Of a DNA stretch of 64,000 bases, positions 18,611-29,200 are shown in pieces. Below the pieces are notes generated by a model. That model was not told the DNA's origin. It searched no databases and saw nothing but the letters and a program-made list of their open reading frames with translations. The stretch spans positions 117,049-181,048 of the forward strand of contig NZ_CANPVO010000038.1 of the NCBI RefSeq assembly GCF_947581785.1, in the 5' to 3' direction. Made by a program: the position numbers and the translations under genes. The stretch is from Candidatus Palauibacter polyketidifaciens (GTDB lineage Bacteria; Gemmatimonadota; Gemmatimonadetes; Palauibacterales; Palauibacteraceae). The first letter of the stretch is position 1; each line of letters begins with the position of its first letter.

Positions 18611-19784
18611 GCCGGCGCTCGCGCTCCTCGCGGGGGTGGCGGGCTGGGGATGCTCGGATGGCACGGGCCCCACCCCGGCTCCGCCACCGCCGCCTCCCCC
18701 GGCGCCGGAACCCGTCGCTTTCGAACTGACGGCGAACGAAGTGCTGACCGGACTCTCCCAGCCGGTCTTTCTCGCCGCCCCGCCGGGCGACTCGAGACTC
18801 TTCGTCGTCGAGCAGACAGGTCGCATCCGCATCGCGAACGCGGATGGCGGACTCCTCGGGGATCCCTTCCTCGACCTCTCGGCCCGCGTGGGCACGGCCC
18901 CCGAAGGCGGCCTCCTCACGATGGCCTTCCATCCGCGGTACGCGGACAACGGCCAGGTCTTCGTCTACTACACCGATACGGGAGACGACACTGTGGTCGA
19001 GCGCTACACCGTCTCGGGGGATCCCGACCGTCTCGATCCGGGCTCCGCGAAGCGGATCCTCGCGCTCACCCAGCGTCGGCGGAACCACAACGGCGGCATG
19101 CTGCAGTTCGGACCCGACGGGATGCTGTACATCTTTCTCGGCGACGAGGGCGGGGCGGGCGACCCATTCGGCAACGGGCAGAATCCGGAGACGCTGCACG
19201 GTTCGATCCTTCGCATCGACGTCGATGGGGGCGACCCGTACGCGATCCCGGACGACAACCCCTTCGCAGGAGAGGAGGGCGGGCGGGGCGAGATCTGGGC
19301 CATCGGCGTCCGGAATCCGTGGCGCTCGACCTTCGACTTTGCGGACCACGTCCTCTACGTGGCGGACGTGGGCCAGAACGAACGCGAGGAAATCAACGCG
19401 GTGCCGGCGGGCGAGGCGGGCGTGAACTACGGCTGGAACACGATGGAGGGGTCGGCCTGTTACGAGAGTTCCGAGTGCGACATGTCGGGTCTCACGCTGC
19501 CCGTCGTCGAGTACGTCCACGACGGCAGCGTCTGCTCGGTGACCGGAGGATACGTGTACCGCGGATCACAGCTCCCCGAGATTGCGGGGCACTACTTCTA
19601 CTCGGATTTCTGCACCGGCTTTCTGCGGAGTTTCCGCTTCGACGGCAGTCAGGCGACGGACGCGAGACGCTGGAACGTGGGAAGCCTCGGCGCGGTGTCC
19701 TCCTTCGGCGTCGACGGCTCCGGCGAACTCTACGTCGTGAACCTCACCGGCTCCGTGTCCCGACTGGAACGCCGCCAGCCTTAG
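18588..19784 (+). CDS. PQQ-dependent soluble sugar (aldose/sorbosone) dehydrogenase-like lipoprotein (GSDH/YliI family)
   Basis: Lipobox (LAGVAGWGCSDG) and a Pro-rich linker. The blocks NHNGGMLQFGPDGMLYIFLGDEG, IWAIGVRNPWR and NYGWNTMEG match the GSDH family. GTG start inferred. Confidence 0.7.
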   Translation: MATRLLTAPALALLAGVAGWGCSDGTGPTPAPPPPPPPAPEPVAFELTANEVLTGLSQPVFLAAPPGDSRLFVVEQTGRIRIANADGGLLGDPFLDLSARVGTAPEGGLLTMAFHPRYADNGQVFVYYTDTGDDTVVERYTVSGDPDRLDPGSAKRILALTQRRRNHNGGMLQFGPDGMLYIFLGDEGGAGDPFGNGQNPETLHGSILRIDVDGGDPYAIPDDNPFAGEEGGRGEIWAIGVRNPWRSTFDFADHVLYVADVGQNEREEINAVPAGEAGVNYGWNTMEGSACYESSECDMSGLTLPVVEYVHDGSVCSVTGGYVYRGSQLPEIAGHYFYSDFCTGFLRSFRFDGSQATDARRWNVGSLGAVSSFGVDGSGELYVVNLTGSVSRLERRQP

Positions 19785-19833
19785 CCGTCCGGTTCGGGCC
19801 GCGGCACCCGCCCGACCCCGGAATCGGGACACG

Positions 19834-20628
19834 CTAGACTCTGAACGTCAGCCCCAGCTGGAAGAGCACGAAGTCGACATCGGAGGCGATGGGCGAGAAC
19901 GAACTTCCGCCGAAGCCGTCCTCGACGATGCTCCCGGGCACGAGATACTCCGTGCGGCCATGCCTTCGGTACTGGGCTTCCAGCCTCAGCAGGACCGGTT
20001 TGGCGGACCAGTTGAAGGGGATCGAGAGCCCGCCGCCGAAGCCGTACGCGGCGCGCACGTCATCGAAGTTCACCGTCGTGCCGTCGTAGGGAGAATCGTA
20101 GAGGTCCCAGCCGTGCTCGACGGAGCTGACCGTGAAGAAATAGCCGAGCCCGGCGAAGCCGTTCACGAAGGGCTGGACGGGGCCGTACGGAAGCCGGATC
20201 TCGGGGCCGAGTCCGAGGTAGCCCACGTTGTTGCGCGTGACGATGTCGGTCAGGATCCGGTCCGTCACCGAGAATACGGGGACGCCGAGCGTCTCCGATC
20301 CGTAGTTTACGTATCCGGCATCGAACCGAACCCGGAAGGCGGGGGAGTCCTCGAAGCCGAGCAGGGCGGTGAGCGCCCCCCCGAAACCTTCGTTGACGAA
20401 CGAACTGAACTGCCCATGCGGCGCCATCAGGGAGACGGTGGCGCCCAGATCCCACTGCGTGCCGTTTCCGCCCGAAGACGACTCCCCGGGCGGTTGGCCG
20501 GGAAGGCGTCCGCCGGGAACCTGCGCCGCCGCGTCCGCAGGCGCGAGCGCCGCCAGCGCCCCAAGCGCCGTCAGCGCGACGAGCCCGGCCCCGAGCACCC
20601 TCCGGCTCCCCATCCGTGTACGCATCAT
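19834..20628 (-). CDS. outer-membrane beta-barrel protein (OmpW/porin-like, family unassigned)
   Basis: Signal peptide (RRVLGAGLVALTALGALAALAPADAAAQ). Alternating amphipathic strands and an aromatic C-terminus (GLTFRV). The start is set at the internal MMRTRM. Confidence 0.55.
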   Translation of the reverse strand: MMRTRMGSRRVLGAGLVALTALGALAALAPADAAAQVPGGRLPGQPPGESSSGGNGTQWDLGATVSLMAPHGQFSSFVNEGFGGALTALLGFEDSPAFRVRFDAGYVNYGSETLGVPVFSVTDRILTDIVTRNNVGYLGLGPEIRLPYGPVQPFVNGFAGLGYFFTVSSVEHGWDLYDSPYDGTTVNFDDVRAAYGFGGGLSIPFNWSAKPVLLRLEAQYRRHGRTEYLVPGSIVEDGFGGSSFSPIASDVDFVLFQLGLTFRV

Positions 20629-20717
20629 CTGTCCCGCTCCCTCTCGCGTCCGCGTGGCGTCCGACCCGGCGCCCGCCGTCACCCACCGTCCCGTAGACGG
20701 CCGCACGCGGGAATCCG

Positions 20718-21530
20718 TCACAGCGTAATCTCGCCGGTAAGGTAGAGCGCCGCACGGCCGGCGATCGTCACGCGGTCCCCGAGGTGGCGACAGATGAGGG
20801 TGCCGCCGCGGGCACTGATCTGCCGTGCCTCAAGCGGCGCCTCGCCGCGATCCAGCCGCTCGGCCCAGTAGGGCGCCAGCGTGCAGTGCGCGGAGCCCGT
20901 GACCGGATCCTCCGGCACGCCGACGCTGGGCGCAAAGAAGCGGGACACGAAATCCGCGCTCACGCCCGGCGCGCTCACGATGATCCCGAGGCGATCCAGT
21001 CCGCGCAGTCGGCTGAAATCCGGCTTCAGCTTCCGGACGTCGTCTTCGGCATCGAGGAGGACGAGATAATCCCGGTCCGACGCCAGTACCTCCGCGGGTG
21101 CCGCTCCCAAACCCTCCACGAGGGCGCGGGGAGCTTCGCGCGACACCGCCGGGCGCGCCGGAAAATCCATCACGAGGAGATCTCCCTCGCCCCGCTCCAC
21201 GATGAGTTCGCCGCTTCTCGTCTCGAAACTCACGCTCTCGCGGCCGGGCGCCAGCCGCTCGAGAATGACCCAGGCGGAGGCCAGCGTTGCGTGTCCGCAC
21301 AGGTCGACCTCGGACACGGGCGTGAACCAGCGGAGCCCGAACCCGCCCTCCCCGCTCCCGTCGCCCCCGTCGTCCCGAACGAAGAAAGCGGTCTCCGAGA
21401 GGTTGTTCTCCGCCGCGATCTTCTGCAGAACGTCGTCGTCGAGCCACGCCTCGAGCGGGCAGACGGCGGCCGGATTGCCCTCGAAGGGGCGGTCCGAGAA
21501 GGCGTCGAGCTGATACAGCGGGATCTTCAT
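20718..21530 (-). CDS. PhzF-family (phenazine biosynthesis-like) isomerase
   Basis: MKIPLYQLDAFSDRPFEGNPAAV...TGSAHCTLAPYW matches the PhzF/YHI9 fold motifs. 271 aa from ATG 21530. Confidence 0.8.
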   Translation of the reverse strand: MKIPLYQLDAFSDRPFEGNPAAVCPLEAWLDDDVLQKIAAENNLSETAFFVRDDGGDGSGEGGFGLRWFTPVSEVDLCGHATLASAWVILERLAPGRESVSFETRSGELIVERGEGDLLVMDFPARPAVSREAPRALVEGLGAAPAEVLASDRDYLVLLDAEDDVRKLKPDFSRLRGLDRLGIIVSAPGVSADFVSRFFAPSVGVPEDPVTGSAHCTLAPYWAERLDRGEAPLEARQISARGGTLICRHLGDRVTIAGRAALYLTGEITL

Positions 21531-21779
21531 GCGGTCTCCGTGTGGCGTGGCATCTCGAGGCGGCTGCGCACCGGTTCCGGGTGGCTGCCCGTGGTAAAAT
21601 AGCGTCGTGCGGCTGAGATTCGCGAGTTGGCGGCCCGCGGCAAAAGCCCTGCCGTGTTCGAGCGGCGAACCACCCCGCCGGGGTTCACCCTGCGGAGCGG
21701 TGCGGGTAGATTCGACCCACCCGCGCGGATCGGCCGCGCACCAGCGGGATGCGGAAGAAACGAGCAAGGAAGGCGTCAC

Positions 21780-22256
<477 letters not shown>

Positions 22257-22297
22257 GGCATCGGGATGTCCAACTGTCTCGTGCAGGTGACGTTCTC

Positions 22298-24100
22298 GTG
22301 AAGCGCCGGCGTCCGCGACGAGCCGCCGGAGCGGCGATCCGAGCCGCCATGCTGGCGGGCGCCACGGCAGGCGCCCTCTGTCTTTCCGCTTCCCCGGCGG
22401 GCGCGCAGGAGCGCTCCTGGCACATCGAGAGCTTCCACGCCGACATCCGGGTGCTGGAGAACGGGTCCATCGAGGTGACCGAAACGATCCGGCCGCGGTT
22501 CGATGGAAGCTACAACGGGATCTACCGGGCGATTCGCGTCGAGTACCGAATCAACGGATTCCGCTACAGGCTGCGCCTTTCCGTGAACGAGGTCACGGAC
22601 GCGGACGGCAATCCCCTGCGCTACGAGTCGAGGCGCGATGGGGACGACCTGAACACAAAGATCTGGGTGCCCGGCGCGGTCGACACGGTCCGCACGGTCC
22701 GACTCTCCTACGGCGTGACGCACGGGCTCCGCTTCTTCGAGGCGGATGAAGGAGAAGACGGCATCGTCGAGGCGTACGACGAACTCTACTGGAACGTGAC
22801 GGGGACCGAATGGCCCGTCCCGATCGAGTCGGCGAGCGCGACCGTGCGGCTCCCGCAGGCGGTCGCGGGCGTGCGCGCCCACGCCTTCACGGGGGGCTAC
22901 GGCGCGACGGGACAGGACGCGGTGGTCGATGTCGCGGGAACGCGGGTCGACGTGCGAACCGACCGGCCGCTCGGCTTTCGCGAGAGCCTGACCATCGGGA
23001 TCGGATGGAATGCCGGCGTCGTCCGGCGGCCCACGGCGATCGACCTCGCCGCCATGTACCTGTTCGCGAACTGGCCGCTCTTCCTGCCCTTCTTCGCCTT
23101 CGCCTTCATGTACCGGCGCTGGAACGAGCGGGGTCGCGACCCGGAGATCGGGTCGATCGAGCCACGCTACGAACCGCCCGGCGACCTGACGCCCGCCGAG
23201 GTCGGCGTCATCGTCGACAACCGGGCCGACCTGCGTGACATCACCGCGACGCTCGTCGACCTCGCCGTCCGGGGGCACCTCACGATCGAGGAACGCGAGG
23301 AGAAGCGCCTCCCGGGTCTCGCGTCGGGGAAGGACTACGTCTTCGAGCGACGCGATCTCCCGGGAGACGATCTGGCTCCACACGAAGGCGCGCTGCTGCG
23401 GGCGGTCTTCGGGGGGCGCGGGACCCGCCGGCTCTCCGACCTCAGGGACCGCTTCTACAAGGACCTGCCGGAACTGAAGTCGACGTTGCTCGCGACGCTC
23501 ATCGAGCACGGCGTCTACACGGCATCACCGACCATCGTCGCCGGAAAGTACGTCGGTTTGGGGTTCCTGGTCGGAATCGTGATCCTTTTCGGCGGCCAGC
23601 TCGCTCAGACCCAGTTGGCGCTCCCGCTCGCGATGCCGGCCGTCCTGCTGGCGGCCATCACCTCGGCGCTCATCATCATGATATTCGGATTCTTCATGCC
23701 GGCCCGCACAAGGAAGGGCACGGAACTGCTGCGGCAGGTGAAAGGGTTCGAGGAGTTCCTCACGCGTGTCGAGTCCGACCGCTACAGGCGGAAGATCGCA
23801 GGTCCGGAGATGTTCGAGAGGTGTCTTCCGTACGCCATGGCGCTGGGCGTCGGGACGCAGTGGGCGCAGGCGTTCGGGGACCTGTATCGCGAACCCCCGG
23901 ACTGGTATCATGGGCACGCTCTTTCGACCTTCAACTCTCACATCCTGGTCTCGAACCTGAACAGCATGTCCGCGGAGACGCACAGCGTGATGCAGTCCGC
24001 GCCGCGCAGTGCCCAGGGGTCGAGCTTCTCGAGTGGCGGGATCTCGGGAGGCGGCTTCTCGGGCGGCGGCTTCGGCGGAGGTGGAGGAGGCGCATTCTGA
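22298..24100 (+). CDS. DUF2207-family membrane protein
   Basis: Signal peptide, a large N-terminal extracytoplasmic domain, TM helices and a Gly-rich C-terminus (GGISGGGFSGGGFGGGGGGAF), as in DUF2207 proteins. GTG start. Confidence 0.7.
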   Translation: MKRRRPRRAAGAAIRAAMLAGATAGALCLSASPAGAQERSWHIESFHADIRVLENGSIEVTETIRPRFDGSYNGIYRAIRVEYRINGFRYRLRLSVNEVTDADGNPLRYESRRDGDDLNTKIWVPGAVDTVRTVRLSYGVTHGLRFFEADEGEDGIVEAYDELYWNVTGTEWPVPIESASATVRLPQAVAGVRAHAFTGGYGATGQDAVVDVAGTRVDVRTDRPLGFRESLTIGIGWNAGVVRRPTAIDLAAMYLFANWPLFLPFFAFAFMYRRWNERGRDPEIGSIEPRYEPPGDLTPAEVGVIVDNRADLRDITATLVDLAVRGHLTIEEREEKRLPGLASGKDYVFERRDLPGDDLAPHEGALLRAVFGGRGTRRLSDLRDRFYKDLPELKSTLLATLIEHGVYTASPTIVAGKYVGLGFLVGIVILFGGQLAQTQLALPLAMPAVLLAAITSALIIMIFGFFMPARTRKGTELLRQVKGFEEFLTRVESDRYRRKIAGPEMFERCLPYAMALGVGTQWAQAFGDLYREPPDWYHGHALSTFNSHILVSNLNSMSAETHSVMQSAPRSAQGSSFSSGGISGGGFSGGGFGGGGGGAF

Positions 24101-24113
24101 CGTGGCTACCAGC

Positions 24114-24584
24114 ATGAAGATCTCGGTCGGAGACCGCGTGGAGCCGTTCACGCTGCCCTACGAAGCCGGAGGAACGGTCGATCTGGGGGACTACCTCGGC
24201 CGCGACCGGATCGTACTCCTCTTCTTCCCTCTCGCCTTCACCTCGGTCTGCACGGCGGAGATGTGCCGGCTCCGCGATGAGTGGAGCGCCTACGCGTCGC
24301 TCGACGCCGCCGTGTTCGCGATCTCCGTGGACAGCCCGTTCGTCACCTCGCGATTCAGGGCCGAGGAGAACATCCCCTTCCCCATCCTCTCCGATTTCAA
24401 CCGCACGGTTTCACGTGACTGGGGCGTGCTGTACGAGGAGTTTCACGGGTTCCGGGGCGTCTCCAAGCGGTCGGCTTTCGTGATCGGGACGGACGGCACC
24501 GTGGCGTACGCGTGGGTGTCCGAGGACGCGGGCGTCGAACCGGACTATGAGGAACTCCTGCAAGCGGTTGCCGACGCACCCTGA
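24114..24584 (+). CDS. peroxiredoxin (AhpC/TSA/Bcp-like redoxin)
   Basis: FFPLAFTSVCTAE carries the peroxidatic Cys. 156 aa. Confidence 0.8.
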   Translation: MKISVGDRVEPFTLPYEAGGTVDLGDYLGRDRIVLLFFPLAFTSVCTAEMCRLRDEWSAYASLDAAVFAISVDSPFVTSRFRAEENIPFPILSDFNRTVSRDWGVLYEEFHGFRGVSKRSAFVIGTDGTVAYAWVSEDAGVEPDYEELLQAVADAP

Positions 24585-24619
24585 GCACAGAGACAAACAG
24601 CAGCCACGGAGATGATCCG

Positions 24620-24964
24620 ATGTCGATACCGCTCGCGCAGCAGCAGTGCATTCCCTGTCGAGGCGGGGTCCCACCCCTGGAGGGAGAGGCCCTCGACGCG
24701 CTTGCGAAGGAACTCGGGGCCGACTGGCGCGTCGTGGACGGCCACCACCTCGAGAAGGAGTACCGCTTCCCGGACTTCGTGACGGCGCTCGACTTCGTGA
24801 ATCGCGTGGGCGGGATGGCGGAGGAGCAGAACCATCACCCGGACCTGTTCCTCGCGTGGGGGCGGGTCGTCGTCCGGATCTGGACGCACAAGATCGACGG
24901 GCTGACGGAGAGTGATTTCGTGTTCGCCGCGAAGGCGGAAACGCTGCACCGACCGCGGGCGTGA
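24620..24964 (+). CDS. pterin-4a-carbinolamine dehydratase (PCD/DCoH)
   Basis: The [EDKH]-x3-HHP motif (EEQNHHPD) and the expected length (114 aa). Confidence 0.85.
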   Translation: MSIPLAQQQCIPCRGGVPPLEGEALDALAKELGADWRVVDGHHLEKEYRFPDFVTALDFVNRVGGMAEEQNHHPDLFLAWGRVVVRIWTHKIDGLTESDFVFAAKAETLHRPRA

Positions 24965-26199
24965 ACCACACGACATCCCCGACGGCCATCGAGGAGTCCG
25001 GCGGCCAGGGACGACGGATCGGCGCGTACAGGGGCGCGGAGCCCGGGCCGCTCGTCATCTGCATCGCATCCCTGCACGGGAACGAGCCGGCGGGCATCGA
25101 GGCGCTGGAGCGGGTACTGCGCGTTCTCTCGATGAACCGGCTTCGGATGTGTGGGGACCTGGTGGGCCTTCGCGGCAATCTGCAGGCCCACAACGCGGGC
25201 ACGAGGTTCATCGATGAGGACCTCAACCGCGTGTGGCAGCACGACCGCGTGGACGCGGTGCTGGAATCGTTGCGTGACGGAGGATCGGCGCGGGACGGCG
25301 ACGGAGCGCCGATGGTCGGGAGCGCCGAGTTGGCGGAGCAACGGGAGCTGCTGGCGGCCTTCCAGTCGGAGCACCGGCGCGCGCGGGGGCCCATCCATGT
25401 ACTCGACCTGCATACGACATCGTCGGAAAGCGCGCCCTTCACGACGCTCGGGGACACGCTTCGGAACCGGGCGCTCGCGCTCCGCCTGCCCGTCCCCGTG
25501 GTCCTGGGACTGGAAGAGCAGATCGACGGGGCCATGCTTCACTACTTCGACCGCCTGGGCTGGGCGAACATCGGCATCGAGGCGGGGCAGCACACGGTCG
25601 CGTCATCCGTCGACGTGCATGAGGAGGCCGTGTGGATCCTGCTCGAGGCCCTCGGGCTGATCGAGACAGGAGACGCCCCCGGCGGAGAGGACCGGCGGGC
25701 TCGCCTCGCCCACCGGGCGGAGGGTCTGCCACGCGTGCTGGATGTGCGCTATCGCCACGTGGTGTCGGAAGAGGACGAATTCCGGATGCACCCGGGTTTC
25801 AGGAACTTCGACCTTGTCGAGGCGGGGCAGGAACTGGCCGTCGATCGGCGCGGACCGGTGTGTGCGGGGTTCGCCGGGCGCCTCTTTCTTCCTCTCTACC
25901 AGCGACAGGGCGACGACGGGTTCTTCATCGTCCGTCAACTCGCTCCCGCGTGGCTCGTCGTCTCGCGGCTGCTGCGGGTGGCGGGCGCGGATCGCGTCGC
26001 CCCCTGGCTTCCCGGGGTGCGGCCGCATCCCGCGCGGGGCGACGCCGTCGTCGTGGCGCGCTGGGCCCGCAACCGTTGGGTGATCGGGCTCCTCCACCTC
26101 ATGGGGTTCACCGCACGGGGCGAGAGCGGCGGGGCGGTGATGGTGCGACGCCAGGAAGGGCCCGTCCGCCAGCCGGAGTCTGCGTCCGGGGGCGGTTAG
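24961..26199 (+). CDS. succinylglutamate desuccinylase/aspartoacylase (AstE/AspA) family zinc hydrolase
   Basis: ICIASLHGNEPAGIEAL zinc-binding motif. Overlaps the PCD stop by 4 nt. Confidence 0.7.
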   Translation: MNHTTSPTAIEESGGQGRRIGAYRGAEPGPLVICIASLHGNEPAGIEALERVLRVLSMNRLRMCGDLVGLRGNLQAHNAGTRFIDEDLNRVWQHDRVDAVLESLRDGGSARDGDGAPMVGSAELAEQRELLAAFQSEHRRARGPIHVLDLHTTSSESAPFTTLGDTLRNRALALRLPVPVVLGLEEQIDGAMLHYFDRLGWANIGIEAGQHTVASSVDVHEEAVWILLEALGLIETGDAPGGEDRRARLAHRAEGLPRVLDVRYRHVVSEEDEFRMHPGFRNFDLVEAGQELAVDRRGPVCAGFAGRLFLPLYQRQGDDGFFIVRQLAPAWLVVSRLLRVAGADRVAPWLPGVRPHPARGDAVVVARWARNRWVIGLLHLMGFTARGESGGAVMVRRQEGPVRQPESASGGG

Positions 26200-26205
26200 C
26201 GACCC

Positions 26206-29200
26206 GTGGCTCGTCGCCGGCCCTGGTTGGGAACGCGCGCCGCCGCGGTCGCGCTCACAGGCGCCGCCGTGTGGGTCGGCGCGTGCGGAACGGAGGTCAC
26301 GCCGGCGGAGCCTCCGCAAAACCGGAGTCCGGTGGCGGTGGACGCCCTTCCCGACCTCGACGTGCGGCTCGGACATCCGGCCGTCATCGACGCCGCCGCC
26401 TGGTTCCGCGACCCGGACGGCGATGCGCTGACGTTCGCCGCGCGATCCCTCGACGCCGGCGTGGCCCGCGCGACGGCCGCCGGGAGTCAAGTGACGGTGG
26501 AAGGGATCGGACCGGGGTCCGCGACGGTGGAGGTCACGGCCCGCGATGGCGGCGGGCTCTCGGCGGCGCAGCGCTTCGAGGCGACGGTCGGGGCCGGGAT
26601 CGCACTCTCTTTCGGCGTCGCGCAGGCGCGGGAGGGCGGCGCCGCGCGAATCGAAGTCGTGCTCGACGAGGCTGCGAGAGCGCCGCTGACCCTGCGCTAT
26701 TCGCTGGGCGTCGATGACGCGCGGCTGACGGATGACGCCGATTCGGCGGACGTCGTGGACCAGGGCGAGGGCGAGGTGGAAGTCCCCGCGGGAGCGGCCG
26801 GCGCCGTCATCGAGATCCGGATCGCCGACGACGATGAGATCGAGCCGCCCCGGGAGGTCCTCACGCTCACGCTCGACCGGCCCGCGGCCGGGAGCGGCTT
26901 CGTGCTCGCCCCTCCTTCAAGCGCTGCGGTCGTCATCCGGGAGGGAGTGTGCGACCGGACGGCCGCCGTGCGCGACGCCATCGTGCGCGGGCTCCGGGCC
27001 GACGACTGCACCGCGCCCGACGGCCAGGCGCTGGCCGAACTCCGCACACTGAGGATCAGGCCGACGGAGCCGGGCCTCGAGGCCGGCCCCGGGACGACCC
27101 TCGGCGGACTGCACCCGGCGGATCTGAGCGCCCTCCCCGGCCTGGAATGGCTCTCGCTCCAAGACTACCGGCTCGGAGTCCTTCCCCCCGGTGCGTTCTC
27201 CGATCTCTCCAGTCTGGAGGTGCTCAATCTCGCGGGAAACCTCATCGCCGACCTGCCGCCGGGCGTATTCGCGGGCCTCCGCAGGCTCGAATGGCTCTCC
27301 CTGGTCGACAATCGGCTGCAGACGCTCCCGGCGGGCCTCTTCGGCGACCTCGCCGGCCTGCGGGAACTTTTTCTGCAGGACAACGAACTGCGCGCCCTGC
27401 CCCCCGGCGCGCTGACCGGCCTTCGTAGCCTGGAACGGCTGACCCTGGGCGGGAACGAAACCGCCTTCGCCTTCCCCGTGCGGCTCGTGCGAACGGACGA
27501 CGAGGACCCGACGGCTCCGGGCCCCGCCACGATCGAGGCGCGGATACTGGAGGGCGCGCCCTTCGATGTCCGGCTCCCGCTTGTCGCCCATGGGGGGACG
27601 CTCTCGGTCGACTCGGTCCTGGTGCGGGCGGGCACCACGGCGAGCGCCGCCGTCACGCTCACTCCCGGCAGCGCCGCCGGTTCACCGGTCTCCGTCACCA
27701 TCGGCACGGAAGAGGCGCTTGCCGAAGCCTGCGCCGACCGGTGCGACGGTTTCGATCTCGTCGCGGGGGATCCGCTCGTCGTGTCCAATCCTGCGTCGGT
27801 CACGATGTCCGTGCCCCGTGCGTATCTCACGCAGGCGGCCCAGGACCGGGAGGGCGGCGTGCCGTTGGTCGCGAACCGTCGCGCCCTGCTTCGCGTCTTT
27901 GCAACGGCCGATGAGGTCAACGGCTTCCTGCCGGGAGCCGCGGCGACCTTCTTCCTCGACGGAGTGGAGACGTATCGAACCGAGCTTGTGCCCCCCGGGG
28001 GAGGGATCCCTCTCGCGGTCGACGAGAGCCGGCTCGAGAGGTCCTTCAACGCCGTCATACCGAGCCGGGTGCTGCAGCCGGGCGTGAGCATGGTCGTGGA
28101 ACTCGATCCGGACGACACGCTCCCCCTGACCTCCTCGAGCCGTTCCCGGTTCCCGGCCGAGGGCCGGCACGATCTCGACGTTCGACAGCTGCCCCCGCTG
28201 CGCGTGACACTCGTTCCCGTGCAGTATCATTCGGAGGAGAACCGGGACGTGAATCCGGGCGTGGCGGCGTTCGCGAGCGAACTCGCGACGGCGGCGACGG
28301 ACGGGGGATCGGCCATCGCCCGGAGCGTGCTGCGTCACGCCCGCACGGTGCTGCCGGCCGGCGACCTGCACGTGGCGCTCCGCGAACCCTACCACACGTG
28401 GGCGGACACCTCCGAGGCCGGGATCGTCGGCCTCATCGGCGAGATCGAACTGCTCCGGATGATGGAGGCGGAAGACCACCGGGCGTACTACAGCGGCATC
28501 TTCGGAGTCCCGAAACCGCTCTCGCGGCACCCTGACGCCTACTGGACCGACGGGCTCGGGATGCTGGGCGGGCGAAGCTCTCTCACGGGCTCGCACGGTC
28601 CGGACGGCCTGCTGCAGAGGACGGGTCGCCTCCGCCTCGTGTTCGCGCACGAGCTGGGGCACAATCTGGGGCGCCCGCACACCCCCTGTAACGCCCCCGT
28701 CACCGATCCCGGGACGGTGGATCCCGACTATCCCTGGCCGGATGGCCGGATCGGAGTGTGGGGACACGATTTCGGGGACGGCGGCGGCGACGGTGGCGGT
28801 GACGGATCGGGCCTCGGGCATCTGTTCAATCCGGAGGGCTACCACGACCTGATGTCCTACTGCTACCCGCAGTGGATCAGCGACTACAGTTTCACGAGGA
28901 TGCTGGAGTTCCGCCTCGAGGACGCCGGCCGTGCCGGGGGCTCGGCGTCCGCACGCGCCGCGGATCGGGGAAGTGCGCGGAGCGACATGCTCCTGCTCTG
29001 GGGCGGGGTGGACGCCGGCGAACTGCGGCTCGAACCCGCCTTCGTGTACCCGACGACCGCACGTCTTCCCTCGTCGGCGGGTCCGTACCGCCTGTCGGGC
29101 CGCGATGCGGCGGGACGGATCCTCTTCTCGCTCAGCTTTGCACCGACTTCGCTCGCCCACGGGACGCATGATGAGAACCGCGCATTCGCCTTCGCGATCC

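Noticed and set aside
14089-18687. 1532-aa minus-strand ORF antisense to the VCBS lipoprotein and paralog B genes
   Set aside because: Arg/Gly/Pro-rich low-complexity translation with no recognisable domains. A typical stop-codon-free shadow frame in ~70% GC DNA opposite well-supported genes.
21690-21745. tRNA/tmRNA-like 3' motif (GGGTAGATTCGACCCACC) in the phzF-EVE intergenic region
   Set aside because: No acceptor/D/anticodon arms could be assembled upstream and the T-loop is non-canonical. Probably fortuitous.
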